This document shows positions 20,139 to 30,766 of a stretch of 64,000 nt of DNA, one piece after another (the stretch's first letter is position 1; every line of letters begins with the position of its first letter). The notes under the pieces are model-generated. The model did no database searches. It was not told where the DNA came from and saw only the letters and a program-made list of their open reading frames with translations. The DNA comes from Longimicrobiales bacterium (GTDB lineage Bacteria > Gemmatimonadota > Gemmatimonadetes > Longimicrobiales > Gaopeijiaceae): the NCBI GenBank assembly GCA_965203485.1, contig OZ241892.1:1280001-1344000 (forward strand), in the 5' to 3' direction. The translations under genes were made by a program, and so were the position numbers.

Positions 20139-21793
20139 TGCCGCTGGGATGCCTTCCTGACCATCGTTGCGACCGTGCGCTTGTCGGCCACGAGGTAGCG
20201 GGACGCCACGCGCCTCACGTCCTCGGGCGTGACGCGGGCGATCTTGCCCGACCAACGGAACGTCTCGCGCCAGTCGTCGAGCGCGGCCTCCGACGCCGCG
20301 AGCTGGATCGCGAGTTGCAGGTTGGACGCCAGTCGCCGGTACTCGCCCGCCCGCATTTGGTTGCGGATTCTCGCGAGCGCGGCCGGCTCCGGCCCCTCGG
20401 CCTTCATGCGCTCGATCTCCTCGTGCACTGCGCGTTCCACGGCTTCGGGCCGGTGAGGCGACCGCGGGACCGCGGAGACGATGAAGAGCCCGGGATGCGC
20501 GGAGCCCGGCCCGAGCCGTGCCGAGACGTGCACGGCGGAGCGGTCGCCCGTGACGAGCCGCCTGTAGAGCGGCGTGGTGCGGCCTCCGGCGAGCAGGGCC
20601 GCGAGGACGGAGAGAGCGGGGGCGTCCGCGTGAGAGCCGCCCGCGGCCTTCCAGCCGATCAGCAGCCGGGGCTCGGCGTCGAACGGGACGACGAGGCGGC
20701 GTTCACCGGCCTGTTCGGGCTCCGGCGGCGGAGGTGGCGGAAGCGGGGCGCCCGCCGGGAGTCCGCCGAAGTACGTCTCGGCCCAGGCGACGGCCTGTTC
20801 GGGGTCGACGTGCCCCACGACGGCCACCACCGCGTTGCGCGCGCCGTAGTTGTCGCGGAAGAAGTCTTCCACGTCTCGGCGGCGCAGGCGTTCGGCGTCG
20901 GACGCGAGGCCGGCTACCGGAACACCGTAGGGGTGTTCTCGGAATGCGGCGGCGAGGAGCGCGACTTCCAGCGCTCCGCCGGGGCTGGCCTCCAGCCGCG
21001 TGCGACGCTCTTCCAGCGCCACGTCGAGCTCCGTGTGGAACTCTCGGAACACCGGCCTCGCCGCGCGGTCCGATTCCAGCGCGAACCAAAGCTCCGCGCG
21101 GTTCTTCGGCAGCTCCACGAAGTAGCTGGTCGCCTCGTGCGTCGTCGTGGCGTTCAGGTTGCGCGCTCCGGCCTTGGAGAGAATTCGGTCGAACTCGTTG
21201 GGAATAACGTAGATGTGTGCATCGTCTTCAAGTTTTGCTAGAACATCGGCAAGTCGCTCGGCGCCGGTTGCGTCCGGCGAGTCGGCGCGGAGTTCGGCAA
21301 CCATGGAGTCGCGAACTTGGTCCACCGCGGCCAGCGCCGCGCGCTCGGCCCCCCAGTCCCTCGTGCCGATCTCGCGCGATCCCTTGAAAAGGAGATGCTC
21401 GAGCAGATGGGCCGCGCCCGTGGCGCCCGGCTTCTCGTTCACCGAGCCCACCGGGTAGTGGACCACGAACGCCACGGTGGGCGACTGGCGCCGTTCCAGG
21501 ATCAGAAACGTCATTCCGTTGCCCAGCACGTGGCGGACGACGGGCAGCTGCTCCCCGGGGGCGGGCGGCGCCTGGGCGGGCGCCGGGCCGCGGAGCAGGA
21601 GCGCCAGCACGGCGGCCACGGCCGTCTGCCCCGCCCGCCGCGATGTCGCGCGCCGCGGTGCCCGCAACCGGCGGGCCGGGCCGGGCGCGAAGGCGGCGAG
21701 ATCCGGCGGCGCGCCGAGGCGCCTCCCCGGAAACGCGGTGCGGACCTGCGGCCGCGCGGCCAGCGAGGGACGGGACGAGAGGCGCGCGCTCAA
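20135..21793 (-). CDS. M16 (pitrilysin-family) zinc peptidase, catalytic subunit; start uncertain
   Basis: LGNGMTFL, GAAHLLEHLLFKGS (HXXEH), NATT, EERR, HPYG. TTG start overlaps the mutM stop. Confidence 0.9.
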   Translation of the reverse strand: MSARLSSRPSLAARPQVRTAFPGRRLGAPPDLAAFAPGPARRLRAPRRATSRRAGQTAVAAVLALLLRGPAPAQAPPAPGEQLPVVRHVLGNGMTFLILERRQSPTVAFVVHYPVGSVNEKPGATGAAHLLEHLLFKGSREIGTRDWGAERAALAAVDQVRDSMVAELRADSPDATGAERLADVLAKLEDDAHIYVIPNEFDRILSKAGARNLNATTTHEATSYFVELPKNRAELWFALESDRAARPVFREFHTELDVALEERRTRLEASPGGALEVALLAAAFREHPYGVPVAGLASDAERLRRRDVEDFFRDNYGARNAVVAVVGHVDPEQAVAWAETYFGGLPAGAPLPPPPPPEPEQAGERRLVVPFDAEPRLLIGWKAAGGSHADAPALSVLAALLAGGRTTPLYRRLVTGDRSAVHVSARLGPGSAHPGLFIVSAVPRSPHRPEAVERAVHEEIERMKAEGPEPAALARIRNQMRAGEYRRLASNLQLAIQLAASEAALDDWRETFRWSGKIARVTPEDVRRVASRYLVADKRTVATMVRKASQRQ

Positions 21794-22680
21794 TGTTCTC
21801 GCGCGAAGGCGCTGGGATGGGCGCGAGCGAGCTTCGGGCCGCCGGCGGCGCGCCCCGCGGGAAGCCGCTGGCAGCGCGGGCAGAGGAAGGCCGATCGGCC
21901 GCCGAAGACGAGGCGCTCGATCGGCTCGGCGCAACGCGGGCACGGCCGGCCGGCGGCGCCGTAGGCGCGCAGCGCGAGGCCGAACGCGCCCTCCTCGCCC
22001 GAGGTCGTGCGGTAGTCGCGGAGCGTCGTGCCGTTGGCGCGGATGGCGTCGCGAAGGACGCTGCGCAGACGCCGGTGGAGCCGGCCGGCGGCGGCCGCGC
22101 GGATGTCGTTGGCCGGGTGCGCGGGATGCACGGCGGCCCGCCAGAGCGACTCGACCGCGTAGATGTTGCCCACGCCGGCAACCTTGCGCTGGTCGAGCAG
22201 GAGCGAGCGCACGGGAGACCGCGAGGTGGAGAGGATGCCGCGCCAGCGGGCGGCGGTGAAGGCGGGCGAGAGGGGCTCGGGCCCAAGGCGCGCCGACCAC
22301 TCCTCCCAGCGGAGGCGGGGCATGTGCGCGACCCGTCCGAACCGCCGGACGTCGTCGTACGTGACCGCGCCGCCCCCTTCCAAGTGGAAGAAGACGGCCG
22401 GGTGCGCCGAGCCCGGAGCCGGCGGCGGATCGCCCGAAGCCAGCAAGCGGCCCGTCATTCCCAGGTTGACCACGATGCGGGCGCCGTCTTCCAGCCGCGC
22501 GACGACGTTCTTGCCGCGCCTGCCCACGGCCACGACGCGCTTGCCTTCGGCGGCGGCCAAGTGGCCGGGCTCCCCGGCCACGACGTCGGGCCTCAGCACG
22601 GCAACGGCCGCCAGGACGCGTCCCGCGAGGAACGAGTCCAGTTCCCGCGAGATGGTCTCGGCCTCGGGGAGTTCGGGCAC
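21790..22680 (-). CDS. mutM: Formamidopyrimidine-DNA glycosylase
   Basis: N-terminal PELPE, RRGK, LGMTG, DVRRFG, AGVGNIYAVE, C-terminal CPRC...CPRC zinc finger. Confidence 0.96.
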   Translation of the reverse strand: MPELPEAETISRELDSFLAGRVLAAVAVLRPDVVAGEPGHLAAAEGKRVVAVGRRGKNVVARLEDGARIVVNLGMTGRLLASGDPPPAPGSAHPAVFFHLEGGGAVTYDDVRRFGRVAHMPRLRWEEWSARLGPEPLSPAFTAARWRGILSTSRSPVRSLLLDQRKVAGVGNIYAVESLWRAAVHPAHPANDIRAAAAGRLHRRLRSVLRDAIRANGTTLRDYRTTSGEEGAFGLALRAYGAAGRPCPRCAEPIERLVFGGRSAFLCPRCQRLPAGRAAGGPKLARAHPSAFAREH

Positions 22681-22687
22681 GGCCGCG

Positions 22688-23008
22688 CTACGCCACCTTG
22701 ACCGCAGTCCCGGTGGCCGACACCATGAGCATCCCGTTGCCCGAGCCGAGGACTTCGTAGTCCAGGTCGACGGCGACGACGGCGTCGGCGCCTCGCCCCT
22801 TCGCCTCGGCGGCCATTTCGTGCATCGCATGCTCGCGGGCCGCCCGCAGCGCCTTCTCGTAGCTGCCCGACCGGCCGCCCACGATGTCGCGCAGGCTGGC
22901 CAAGATGTCCTTGACGACGTTGGCGCCGATTATGGCCTCGCCGGTGACGATGCCCAGGTACGCGGTGACGCTCCGTCCTTCGAGCGACGGCGTGGTGGAT
23001 ACGATCAT
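22688..23008 (-). CDS. YbjQ/UPF0145 heavy-metal-binding family protein
   Basis: [46 protein letters not shown]. Confidence 0.93.
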   Translation of the reverse strand: MIVSTTPSLEGRSVTAYLGIVTGEAIIGANVVKDILASLRDIVGGRSGSYEKALRAAREHAMHEMAAEAKGRGADAVVAVDLDYEVLGSGNGMLMVSATGTAVKVA

Positions 23009-24342
23009 GGGGTCTCTCCGTGAGCTTGGGTCAGAGGTTCGCTGAACTCGCCGCCGCGCCGGCCGTGGTTCAGCCGGCGCAGGCGAGCGGACTCCCGCCA
23101 GCCGATGTCGCGGCGAAACTGCTTGCCGTCGAACGAGACCGCTTCGGCCGCCGCCCGGCTGGCCTTGCGGGCCTCGTCGAAGGAGCTTGCCACCGCCGTG
23201 GCCGCCAGCACGCGGCCGCCCGAGGTCTCCAGGCCGCCGGCGCCCTTCGACGTGCCGGCGTGGAAGAGGATGGTGTCGCCGGGGAGCGCCGGCACCGAGA
23301 TCGGCGCGCCGCCCGCGCAAGCGCCGGGATAGCCGCGCGCGGCCAGGACCGTGCAGACGGCCGCGGCGTCGCGAAACCGGGGCTCGTGCCCGGCGATGCC
23401 GTCGCCCCGGGCCACGGCCAGCATCGGGTCCAGCAGCGACGACTCCATCAGCGGCAGGACCGCCTGCGTCTCGGGATCGCCGAAGCGACAGTTGAACTCG
23501 ACGACCTTCGGGCCGTCGCGGGTGATCGCCAGCCCGGCGTAGAGGAGCCCCGAGAAGGGACGTCCGGCCTCGGCCAGCGCGGCCAGCGTGGGCGCGGCGA
23601 CCCGCTCGCCGATCTCGTCCAGCAGACTGTCCGTCGCGAGTCCAACGGGCGCGTAGGCGCCCATGCCGCCCGTATTCGGTCCCCGGTCGCCTTCTCCAAC
23701 GCGCTTGTGGTCCTGCGACGGCAACAGAGGCACGAACTGCTCTCCCGAAGCGAAGAAGAAGACGGACATCTCCTCGCCTTCGAGAAACTCTTCGATCACA
23801 ACCCGCTTCCCGGCGTCCCCGAACGCGCCGTCGAAGGCGCGCCGCGCGGCCGCGACCCCGTCGTCCGCCGACGCGCAGACGGAAACGCCCTTGCCCGCCG
23901 CCAGCCCGGAAGCCTTGATCACCACGGGCGGCCGCATCGACTCGATGCAAGCGACGGCCGCTTCCAGTTCGTCGTGGACTTCGAAGGCGGCCGTCGGCAC
24001 ACCGGCGCGCGCCATCAGCTTCTTCGCAAACGCCTTGCTGGACTCGATGCGGGCCGCCGCCGCGGACGGCCCGAACGCGGGCACGCCGGCCTCGCCGAGC
24101 CGATCGGCCATTCCTCCCGCGAGCGGAGCCTCGGGGCCCACCACGGCCAAGTCGATCCGGGCGCCGGCGGCCCAAGCGGCCACCGCCTCGCCGTCCTGGG
24201 GGCTCAAGTCCACGGCTTCGCACTCGCCGGCCATCCCGCCGTTGGGCCGCGTGGCGAAGAACGAGGCGTCCGGCGCGTCCCGGCGCAGCTTCCACAGCAG
24301 GGCGTGCTCGCGGCCTCCGGCGCCCACGATCAGAACTCGCAT
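23005..24342 (-). CDS. purD: Phosphoribosylamine-glycine ligase
   Basis: [55 protein letters not shown]. Confidence 0.97.
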   Translation of the reverse strand: MRVLIVGAGGREHALLWKLRRDAPDASFFATRPNGGMAGECEAVDLSPQDGEAVAAWAAGARIDLAVVGPEAPLAGGMADRLGEAGVPAFGPSAAAARIESSKAFAKKLMARAGVPTAAFEVHDELEAAVACIESMRPPVVIKASGLAAGKGVSVCASADDGVAAARRAFDGAFGDAGKRVVIEEFLEGEEMSVFFFASGEQFVPLLPSQDHKRVGEGDRGPNTGGMGAYAPVGLATDSLLDEIGERVAAPTLAALAEAGRPFSGLLYAGLAITRDGPKVVEFNCRFGDPETQAVLPLMESSLLDPMLAVARGDGIAGHEPRFRDAAAVCTVLAARGYPGACAGGAPISVPALPGDTILFHAGTSKGAGGLETSGGRVLAATAVASSFDEARKASRAAAEAVSFDGKQFRRDIGWRESARLRRLNHGRRGGEFSEPLTQAHGETP

Positions 24343-24379
24343 TCGCGCCCGCTCTCCCTCGCCGCCGCTGGGTCCTCGC

Positions 24380-25384
24380 CTACTTTCGGAACGATTCCAT
24401 GAAGCCTTCGCCCGCGCGCCGGGCGGCTCCAGCCATCTGCCCGAAGACGTCCTTGGCGAAGTCCGCGGCTCCGGAAGCGTAGGCGCTGGCCGCCTCGCCC
24501 AGGTCCTGCTTGTACGCCGGGTCGGGCTCGTCGCGCCGCTGGTACTCGCCTCGCAGCACGCGGTCGTAGTCTCCCGTCTCGATCCACGCCCGCAGCTCCG
24601 AGAGGCGCAGCACCCAGAACGGATGCGTCTGCCCCAGCAGGTTCAGCACCTTGAACACTTGGTCGACCAAGTCTCCCGACTCCCGGTAGTCCTCGGCTTG
24701 GCGCACGAACTCGGGCAGCGACGTCTCGCCCTCCTCGCCTCCGCCGGCCATCACGAGCATCGCCTCCATGGCGTCGTCCGCTTCCTGGATCGCCAGCAGT
24801 CCGGCCCGGTCCGCCGACAGCTCGCTCTTGCGTTGCCACTCCAGCAGGCCCACGAGCACGGCGCGCGCCGCCAGGCCGACGATCGGAAAGCCCAGCTTCG
24901 CCAAGGCGAGCAGCAGTTCGGTCATCGTCCGGTAGAGCACGTGGTCGCTCATGACGTGTCCGACCTCGTGGCCCAGCACGAACGAGACCTGGCGGTCGTT
25001 CAGCAGCCTGATCGTGCCCGAGTTCAGGATGATGAACGGCTTGCTCATGCCGTAGGCGCCGGCGTTCACGACCGGGTTCTGCGAGACGAAGAGGGGATAC
25101 TTCTCCGGCGCGTCCAGCGTCTCGCACACCTCGCCGTAGAGTTCCCAGATGCGGGGAAACTGCGTTTCGCCGACACGCACCGCGTTGGCTTGGAAGGCCA
25201 AGCGGATGGGCTTCTCGCCGAAGATGCCGAACACCGTTCTGAGCACCTTGTCGAACATGGGGAGCTTGCGCAGAGCCGCGAGGGCCGCCCGGTCCGCCGG
25301 GTGCTCCCAAACCCGCGAGGAGATGTCGGCGAGGATGCGCCGGGCGCGCGCCTGCTCCGCGCCGTCCGAGGTCGCGTCGGTCAT
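24380..25384 (-). CDS. M48 family zinc metallopeptidase
   Basis: WEHPADR, NAGAYG, LGHEVGHV, ELSADRAG, THP. Confidence 0.9.
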   Translation of the reverse strand: MTDATSDGAEQARARRILADISSRVWEHPADRAALAALRKLPMFDKVLRTVFGIFGEKPIRLAFQANAVRVGETQFPRIWELYGEVCETLDAPEKYPLFVSQNPVVNAGAYGMSKPFIILNSGTIRLLNDRQVSFVLGHEVGHVMSDHVLYRTMTELLLALAKLGFPIVGLAARAVLVGLLEWQRKSELSADRAGLLAIQEADDAMEAMLVMAGGGEEGETSLPEFVRQAEDYRESGDLVDQVFKVLNLLGQTHPFWVLRLSELRAWIETGDYDRVLRGEYQRRDEPDPAYKQDLGEAASAYASGAADFAKDVFGQMAGAARRAGEGFMESFRK

Positions 25385-25466
25385 CGGTGTCCTTTCGTCG
25401 ATTCGTGGGAGCCCGCGCTAGCCAGGACGAAAGCGCGGGCGCGCGGGTTTCCCGGTTGCGAGGCGC

Positions 25467-26615
25467 TCACTCTTCGAGGGCTCGGCGAAGATCGCCGATC
25501 AGGTCGCGCGCGTCCTCGATTCCGACGGACAAGCGCACCAAGTCGTCGGTGACGCCGTCGCGCAGGCGCTGATCCTCGGGGACGGCGTCGTGGGTCATGA
25601 CGACAGGCACGCTGATCATCGACTCCACGCCGCCCAGGCTCGTGGCGACCCTGAACAGGCGGACGCCCGCGACCAGGCGCTTGGCCGCTTCTTCGTCCAG
25701 ACGCAGCGAGACCATGCCGGAGAAGCCCCTCATCTGGCGCGCGGCCAAGTCGTGCTGGGGATGGGACGCCAGGCCCGGATAGTGCACTTCGCGCACTCCG
25801 CGCGCCGTCCGGAGGAACTCGGCGACGCGCTGGCCGTTCTCGTTGTGGCGCTCCATGCGGACGTGCAGCGTCTTCGTGCCGCGCAGGACCAGCCAGCTGT
25901 CCATCGGGCCGGGCACGGGGCCGGTCGACTTGCGCGTGAAGCGCAGCTCCTCGGCAAGCGGGTCGTCGTCGACCACCAGGACGCCGAAGAGGACGTCGGA
26001 GTGGCCGTTCAGGTACTTGGTGGCGGAATGCATGACCACGTCGGCGCCCAGATCGAGAGGATTCTGGTTGAAGGGCGAGGCGAAGGTGTTGTCCACGCAC
26101 AAGAGCGCCCCGCGCTCGCGGGCCGCGGCGGCCAGGGCGGCGACGTCGGACACGCGGAGCAGGGGATTGGTCGGCGTCTCGACGTGGACGAGCTTGGTGT
26201 CGGGCCGCATCGCCCGGCGGACGGCGTCCGCGTCTTGGCAACCCACGACTGTGCACCGGATGCCGGCCCTGGGCAGCACCTCCGCGAACAGGCGGTGCGT
26301 TCCTCCGTACACGTTGGACTCGCAGACGACGTGGCCGCCGGCGGCGACGGTCTTGGCCAAGCATTCGATCGCGGCCAAGCCGCTCGAAAACGCGACCCCG
26401 TGCCGCCCGTTCTCGAGAGCGGCGACGTTGGCCTCCGCTGCCTCGCGCGTCGGATTGTGGAGTCGGCCGTATTCGTAGCCCTTGTCGCGGCCGGGGGCCT
26501 CCAAGGCGTACGTCGAGGTCTGAAAGATGGGCGTGGAAACGGCGCCTGTGACGGGTTCGGGGGCTTGTCCGGCGTGGACGCAGCGGGTTGCGAAGCGTTG
26601 GGAGGAGTCGGGCAC
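25467..26615 (-). CDS. Cystathionine gamma-synthase/gamma-lyase
   Basis: PIFQTSTY, YGRLHNPTR, ETPTNP, VDNTFASP, HSATKYLNGHSD, RLSVGIED. Confidence 0.93.
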   Translation of the reverse strand: MPDSSQRFATRCVHAGQAPEPVTGAVSTPIFQTSTYALEAPGRDKGYEYGRLHNPTREAAEANVAALENGRHGVAFSSGLAAIECLAKTVAAGGHVVCESNVYGGTHRLFAEVLPRAGIRCTVVGCQDADAVRRAMRPDTKLVHVETPTNPLLRVSDVAALAAAARERGALLCVDNTFASPFNQNPLDLGADVVMHSATKYLNGHSDVLFGVLVVDDDPLAEELRFTRKSTGPVPGPMDSWLVLRGTKTLHVRMERHNENGQRVAEFLRTARGVREVHYPGLASHPQHDLAARQMRGFSGMVSLRLDEEAAKRLVAGVRLFRVATSLGGVESMISVPVVMTHDAVPEDQRLRDGVTDDLVRLSVGIEDARDLIGDLRRALEE

Positions 26616-26901
26616 GCGGTTCGTCTCTTTGGGAAGCCGGAGGGGTCGCCGGATCAGCGCGGGGGACGCGGCAATCTACGCCAACCGACGGGGCTTCGCT
26701 TGCAGCGGCGGTGCGCCTTCGGTCCGGTGGACGGCCGTCGTGTGGGACTCCTGCGGCGGTACGGGGCGGGGGCCCGGAGCCCATGGGCCAAGACCGGTTC
26801 CTGCGGCGGCGCGCGGGGGGCTAGCTTTCGGACCACCCCGCTCGCTTGGCCGTCTGCGCCTCGCCGCCCCGCGGCGCGCCTTTCCTCCTGGAGCCCCGCC
26901 A

Positions 26902-28302
26902 GTGCCCGTTCGCCTTCCGCCCGGCCTGATCGCGGGCGTATCTGGCTTCCGCGGACGCGTGGGCGCGGCGTTCACGCCGGAGCTTGCCGCAGCCTTGGCC
27001 GCGGCCTACGGCACGTTCCTGCGCGAGGAAGGCGAGGCCGGGCCCGTGCTGGTCGGACGCGATTCCCGCACGTCGGGGCCCATGTTCTCGGGGGCGGCCG
27101 TGGCTGGATTCGTTTCGACGGGACGCCGGGTAGTCGACGTCGGGGTCGTTCCCACGCCCACGCTGCTGCTGGCCGCGGCCGAGGCGCAGGCGGCGGGCGC
27201 GGTCGCGGTCACCGCGAGCCACAACCCGGCCGAATGGAACGCCTTCAAGTTCGCGACCGGACAGGGCGCCTTTCTGTCGCGGGACCGCATGGAACGCTTC
27301 TTGGCGTTCCTGGCCGGCCGCGACCCCGAGCGGGCAGCGTGGGACGCGCTGGCGCCGGCCGAGCGCGACGACGGGGCCTGCGAACGCCACGTCGCGCGCG
27401 TTCTGGACTTGCCTCAGCTCGACCGCGACCGGATTCGCGCGGCCGGCCTTCGCGTCGCGCTCGACTGCGTCAACGGCGCAGGCGGCGCGGCGATGTCCGC
27501 GCTCCTGGAGGGTCTCGGGTGCCAGGTGCGCGCCATCGGCTTGGAGCCGCACGGCCGCTTTCCGCGCGATCCCGAGCCGACGGCGGCCAACCTCGGCGAC
27601 CTGGGACGTCTCGTGGCGTCGTCGGGCGCGTCGGTCGGCCTTGCGGTCGACCCGGACGCGGACCGGCTCTCGCTGGTGGACGAGCGGGGGCGGGCGCTGG
27701 GCGAGGACCTCACGCTGGCGCTGGCCGCCGACGTCGTCCTGGCTCGCGAGCCCGGCGCCGTCGCGACCAATCTGTCGACCAGCCGGGTGATCGACGACGT
27801 GGCCGAGGCTCGAGGCTGTTCGACCTTGCGCGCCCCGGTCGGCGAAGCGAACGTGGCTTCGCTGATCTCCCGCGAGGGTGCGGTAGTGGGCGGCGAGGGG
27901 AACGGGGGCGTGATCCTGCCCGAGCTCCACCTCACGCGGGACGCGCTTGTGGGAGCGGCCCTCGTTCTCGAATTCCTGGCTTCGAATCCGGAGACGCCCC
28001 TGTCGGAGCGCGTGGCCCGCTGGCCCGCCTATGCGATCGTCAAGGAAAAGGTGGAATTTCGCCGCGAGGCGCTCCCGGCCGCGTTCGAAGCGCTTCGGCG
28101 GGGCTTGCCGGAGGGAGGCGGCGCCAACCTCGACGACGGGTTGCGGATCGAATGGCCGGCGCGGCGGGAGTGGCTTCACGTGCGAGCGTCCGGAACCGAG
28201 CCGGTGGTGCGGCTGATCGCCGAGAGTCCCGCTCCCGGGTTCGGTGCGCATGCCCTCGTCGAGGAAGCCGGGGCGATCCTCTCGCGGACCGGAGGCGGTT
28301 GA
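26902..28302 (+). CDS. glmM: Phosphoglucosamine mutase / phosphohexomutase
   Basis: GRDSR, TASHNP (phospho-Ser), DPDADR, GGEGNGG, RASGTEP; adjacent to glmS. Confidence 0.85.
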   Translation: MPVRLPPGLIAGVSGFRGRVGAAFTPELAAALAAAYGTFLREEGEAGPVLVGRDSRTSGPMFSGAAVAGFVSTGRRVVDVGVVPTPTLLLAAAEAQAAGAVAVTASHNPAEWNAFKFATGQGAFLSRDRMERFLAFLAGRDPERAAWDALAPAERDDGACERHVARVLDLPQLDRDRIRAAGLRVALDCVNGAGGAAMSALLEGLGCQVRAIGLEPHGRFPRDPEPTAANLGDLGRLVASSGASVGLAVDPDADRLSLVDERGRALGEDLTLALAADVVLAREPGAVATNLSTSRVIDDVAEARGCSTLRAPVGEANVASLISREGAVVGGEGNGGVILPELHLTRDALVGAALVLEFLASNPETPLSERVARWPAYAIVKEKVEFRREALPAAFEALRRGLPEGGGANLDDGLRIEWPARREWLHVRASGTEPVVRLIAESPAPGFGAHALVEEAGAILSRTGGG

Positions 28303-28309
28303 CCAGACA

Positions 28310-30148
28310 GTGTGCGGAATCATCGGATACGTCGGCCCGCGCCAGGCGGGTTGGATTCTCATGGAGGGCCTCAAGCGGCTGGAATATCGGGGGTACGACT
28401 CCGCCGGCATCGCCGTTTTGAACGAGAAGGGGCGTCTGTTCGCGGAGAGGCGCCCGGGCAAGATCACGGACCTCGAGGGCGCTCTGAACGGGGGCGTTCC
28501 GGAGGGAACCTGCGGCATCGCCCACACCCGCTGGGCCACGCACGGCGCCCCCACCCGGGCCAACGCCCACCCGCAGCTCTCCACGGCGCGCGACATCGCG
28601 CTCGTGCACAACGGCATCGTCGAGAACGCGGCCATGCAGCGGCCCCGGCTCCGCGACCTGGGGTTCGAGTTCGAGAGCCAGACCGACACCGAAGTCCTCG
28701 TCCACCTGATCGACTTGGCGTTTCGAAGCTGCGACCGGCTGGAGGACGCCGTGGCGGGCGCGCTGTCGGCGGTGGAAGGCACCTACGGGATCGCGGTGGT
28801 GAGCGCCCGCGACCCGGACAAGATCGTGATCGCGCGCCAGGGGAGCCCGGTGCTGCTGGGGGTGGGCGGGCAGGGCGAGTACTTGGTGTCGTCGGACGTG
28901 GGCGCCATGGCGGCCCACACGCAGAACGTCGTCTACCTGCAGGACGGCGACTCCGCGGTGCTGGGACCGGCCGGCTACCGCACGTTCGACCTTGCCCGCC
29001 GGAGCGTGAGCCGGGGAGTCAAGTTCGTCGACTGGGACGCGAGCGCGATCAGCAAGGGCGGCCACAGCCACTTCATGTACAAGGAGATCGCGGAACAGCC
29101 GTCCTCGCTGCGCGACGTCATGCGCGGCCGGCTCTTGGAGGAAGAGGGAGGCGCGAACCTCGGCGGCATCGCGATCTCCGACCAAGAGCTGGCCCGCGTG
29201 GACCGCATCATCGTCACCGCGTGCGGGACGAGCTGGCATGCGGGCTTGATCGGCAGCAAGATGATGGAGGAGATGGCGCGCATCCCGGTCGGGGCCGAGT
29301 ACGCGTCGGAGTTCCGGTACCGCAACCCCGTTCTGGGCCCCAACACGTTGGTCGTCGGCCTCAGCCAATCGGGCGAGACGGCGGACACGCTCGCGGCGTT
29401 GCGCGAGGCGAAGCGGCGAGGTTGCCGCACCATGGGCATCGTCAACTGCGTCGGATCGAGCATCGCCGCCGAGACGGACTTCGGCGTCTACCTGCACGCC
29501 GGACCGGAGATCGGCGTCGCGTCCACGAAGTCGTTCACCAGCCAAATTGTCGCGCAGTTGCTGTTCGCCCTCTACGTGGCCCGCCGCCGGACGTTGTCCG
29601 TCCTGCAGGGGCGCGAGATCGTGCACGCGCTGCGCAAGCTGCCGGAGCAGGTCGAGCAGGTGCTCGGCGTGGACGAGACGGTGCGGCGGCTGGCCGAGCG
29701 CTACTGCGATAGCCCCAACTTCCTTTACTTGGGCCGCGGCTATCAGTTCCCGATCGCGCTCGAAGGCGCGCTCAAGCTCAAGGAGGTGAGCTACATCCAC
29801 GCCGAGGGCTATCCGGCCGCCGAAATGAAGCACGGCCCCATCGCGCTCATCGACGAGAACATGCCGGTCGTGGTCTTGGCCCCGCGCGACCCCGTCTACG
29901 CCAAGACGCTGTCGAACATCGAAGAAGTCCGGGCACGGCACGGGCGCGTCATCGCCGTGACCGACGAGGGCGGGGACGAGGTCGCGGAGATCGCGGACGA
30001 GGCGATCGAGATCCCCAGCGCGATCCCGGTCCTGGCGCCGGCCCTCTCCGTCGTGCCTCTGCAGCTTCTGGCCTACCACATGGCCGTGTTGCGCGGTTGC
30101 GACGTCGACCAGCCGCGCAACTTGGCCAAGTCCGTCACGGTCGAGTGA
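28310..30148 (+). CDS. glmS: Glutamine-fructose-6-phosphate transaminase
   Basis: GTG then CGIIGY (catalytic N-terminal Cys), HTRWATHG, SQSGET, PRNLAKSVTVE. Confidence 0.98.
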   Translation: MCGIIGYVGPRQAGWILMEGLKRLEYRGYDSAGIAVLNEKGRLFAERRPGKITDLEGALNGGVPEGTCGIAHTRWATHGAPTRANAHPQLSTARDIALVHNGIVENAAMQRPRLRDLGFEFESQTDTEVLVHLIDLAFRSCDRLEDAVAGALSAVEGTYGIAVVSARDPDKIVIARQGSPVLLGVGGQGEYLVSSDVGAMAAHTQNVVYLQDGDSAVLGPAGYRTFDLARRSVSRGVKFVDWDASAISKGGHSHFMYKEIAEQPSSLRDVMRGRLLEEEGGANLGGIAISDQELARVDRIIVTACGTSWHAGLIGSKMMEEMARIPVGAEYASEFRYRNPVLGPNTLVVGLSQSGETADTLAALREAKRRGCRTMGIVNCVGSSIAAETDFGVYLHAGPEIGVASTKSFTSQIVAQLLFALYVARRRTLSVLQGREIVHALRKLPEQVEQVLGVDETVRRLAERYCDSPNFLYLGRGYQFPIALEGALKLKEVSYIHAEGYPAAEMKHGPIALIDENMPVVVLAPRDPVYAKTLSNIEEVRARHGRVIAVTDEGGDEVAEIADEAIEIPSAIPVLAPALSVVPLQLLAYHMAVLRGCDVDQPRNLAKSVTVE

Positions 30149-30753
30149 CGGCCGCCGGGCGCGGCGTCTCGATCGTTCTCGCGTCGGAGTCGCCGCGGCG
30201 CGCGCAAGTCCTGCGGATGCTGGGGCTGTCGTTTTCCGCAACACGGTCCGGCGTGGAGGAGCGCAGGGAGCGCGGCGAGGAGCCGGCGCGGTACGTGGAG
30301 CGGATGGCGCGCGCGAAGGCCGAAGCCGTGGCCGGCGAACGTCCCGCGGCGCTGACCGTCGCGGGAGACACGGTGGTCGAGCTGGACGGAGACGTGCTCG
30401 AAAAGCCCGGCGGCCGGGACGCGGCCCGGGCCATGCTGTCGGCTCTGGCCGGCAGGGCGCACACGGTGCGTTCGGGCTTGGCGCTGGCGCGCCACGGAAC
30501 GCTGGCGTCCACCGTCGCCGCCGCCAGGGTGGTGTTCAGGCCCGCGTCGCGCCGGGCCATCGACGCGTACGTCGCCACCGGAGAACCGCTCGACAAGGCG
30601 GGCGCCTACGGCATTCAGGGGTGCGGGGCGGCTCTCGTCGAGCGCGTGGAGGGAGACTTCTACGCGGTGGTCGGGTTGCCCGTCGCCGCCTTCGTGGACC
30701 TGCTCGGAGCCGTGGACCTGCGGTACCGCCCGGGGCGGCTGGAGCCGCGGTGA
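30145..30753 (+). CDS. maf: Maf family nucleoside triphosphate pyrophosphatase
   Basis: LASESPRR, KA, GDTVV, EKP, DKAGAYGIQG, VVGLP. Confidence 0.93.
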   Translation: MTAAGRGVSIVLASESPRRAQVLRMLGLSFSATRSGVEERRERGEEPARYVERMARAKAEAVAGERPAALTVAGDTVVELDGDVLEKPGGRDAARAMLSALAGRAHTVRSGLALARHGTLASTVAAARVVFRPASRRAIDAYVATGEPLDKAGAYGIQGCGAALVERVEGDFYAVVGLPVAAFVDLLGAVDLRYRPGRLEPR

Positions 30754-30766
30754 GCGGTTCGCCGCG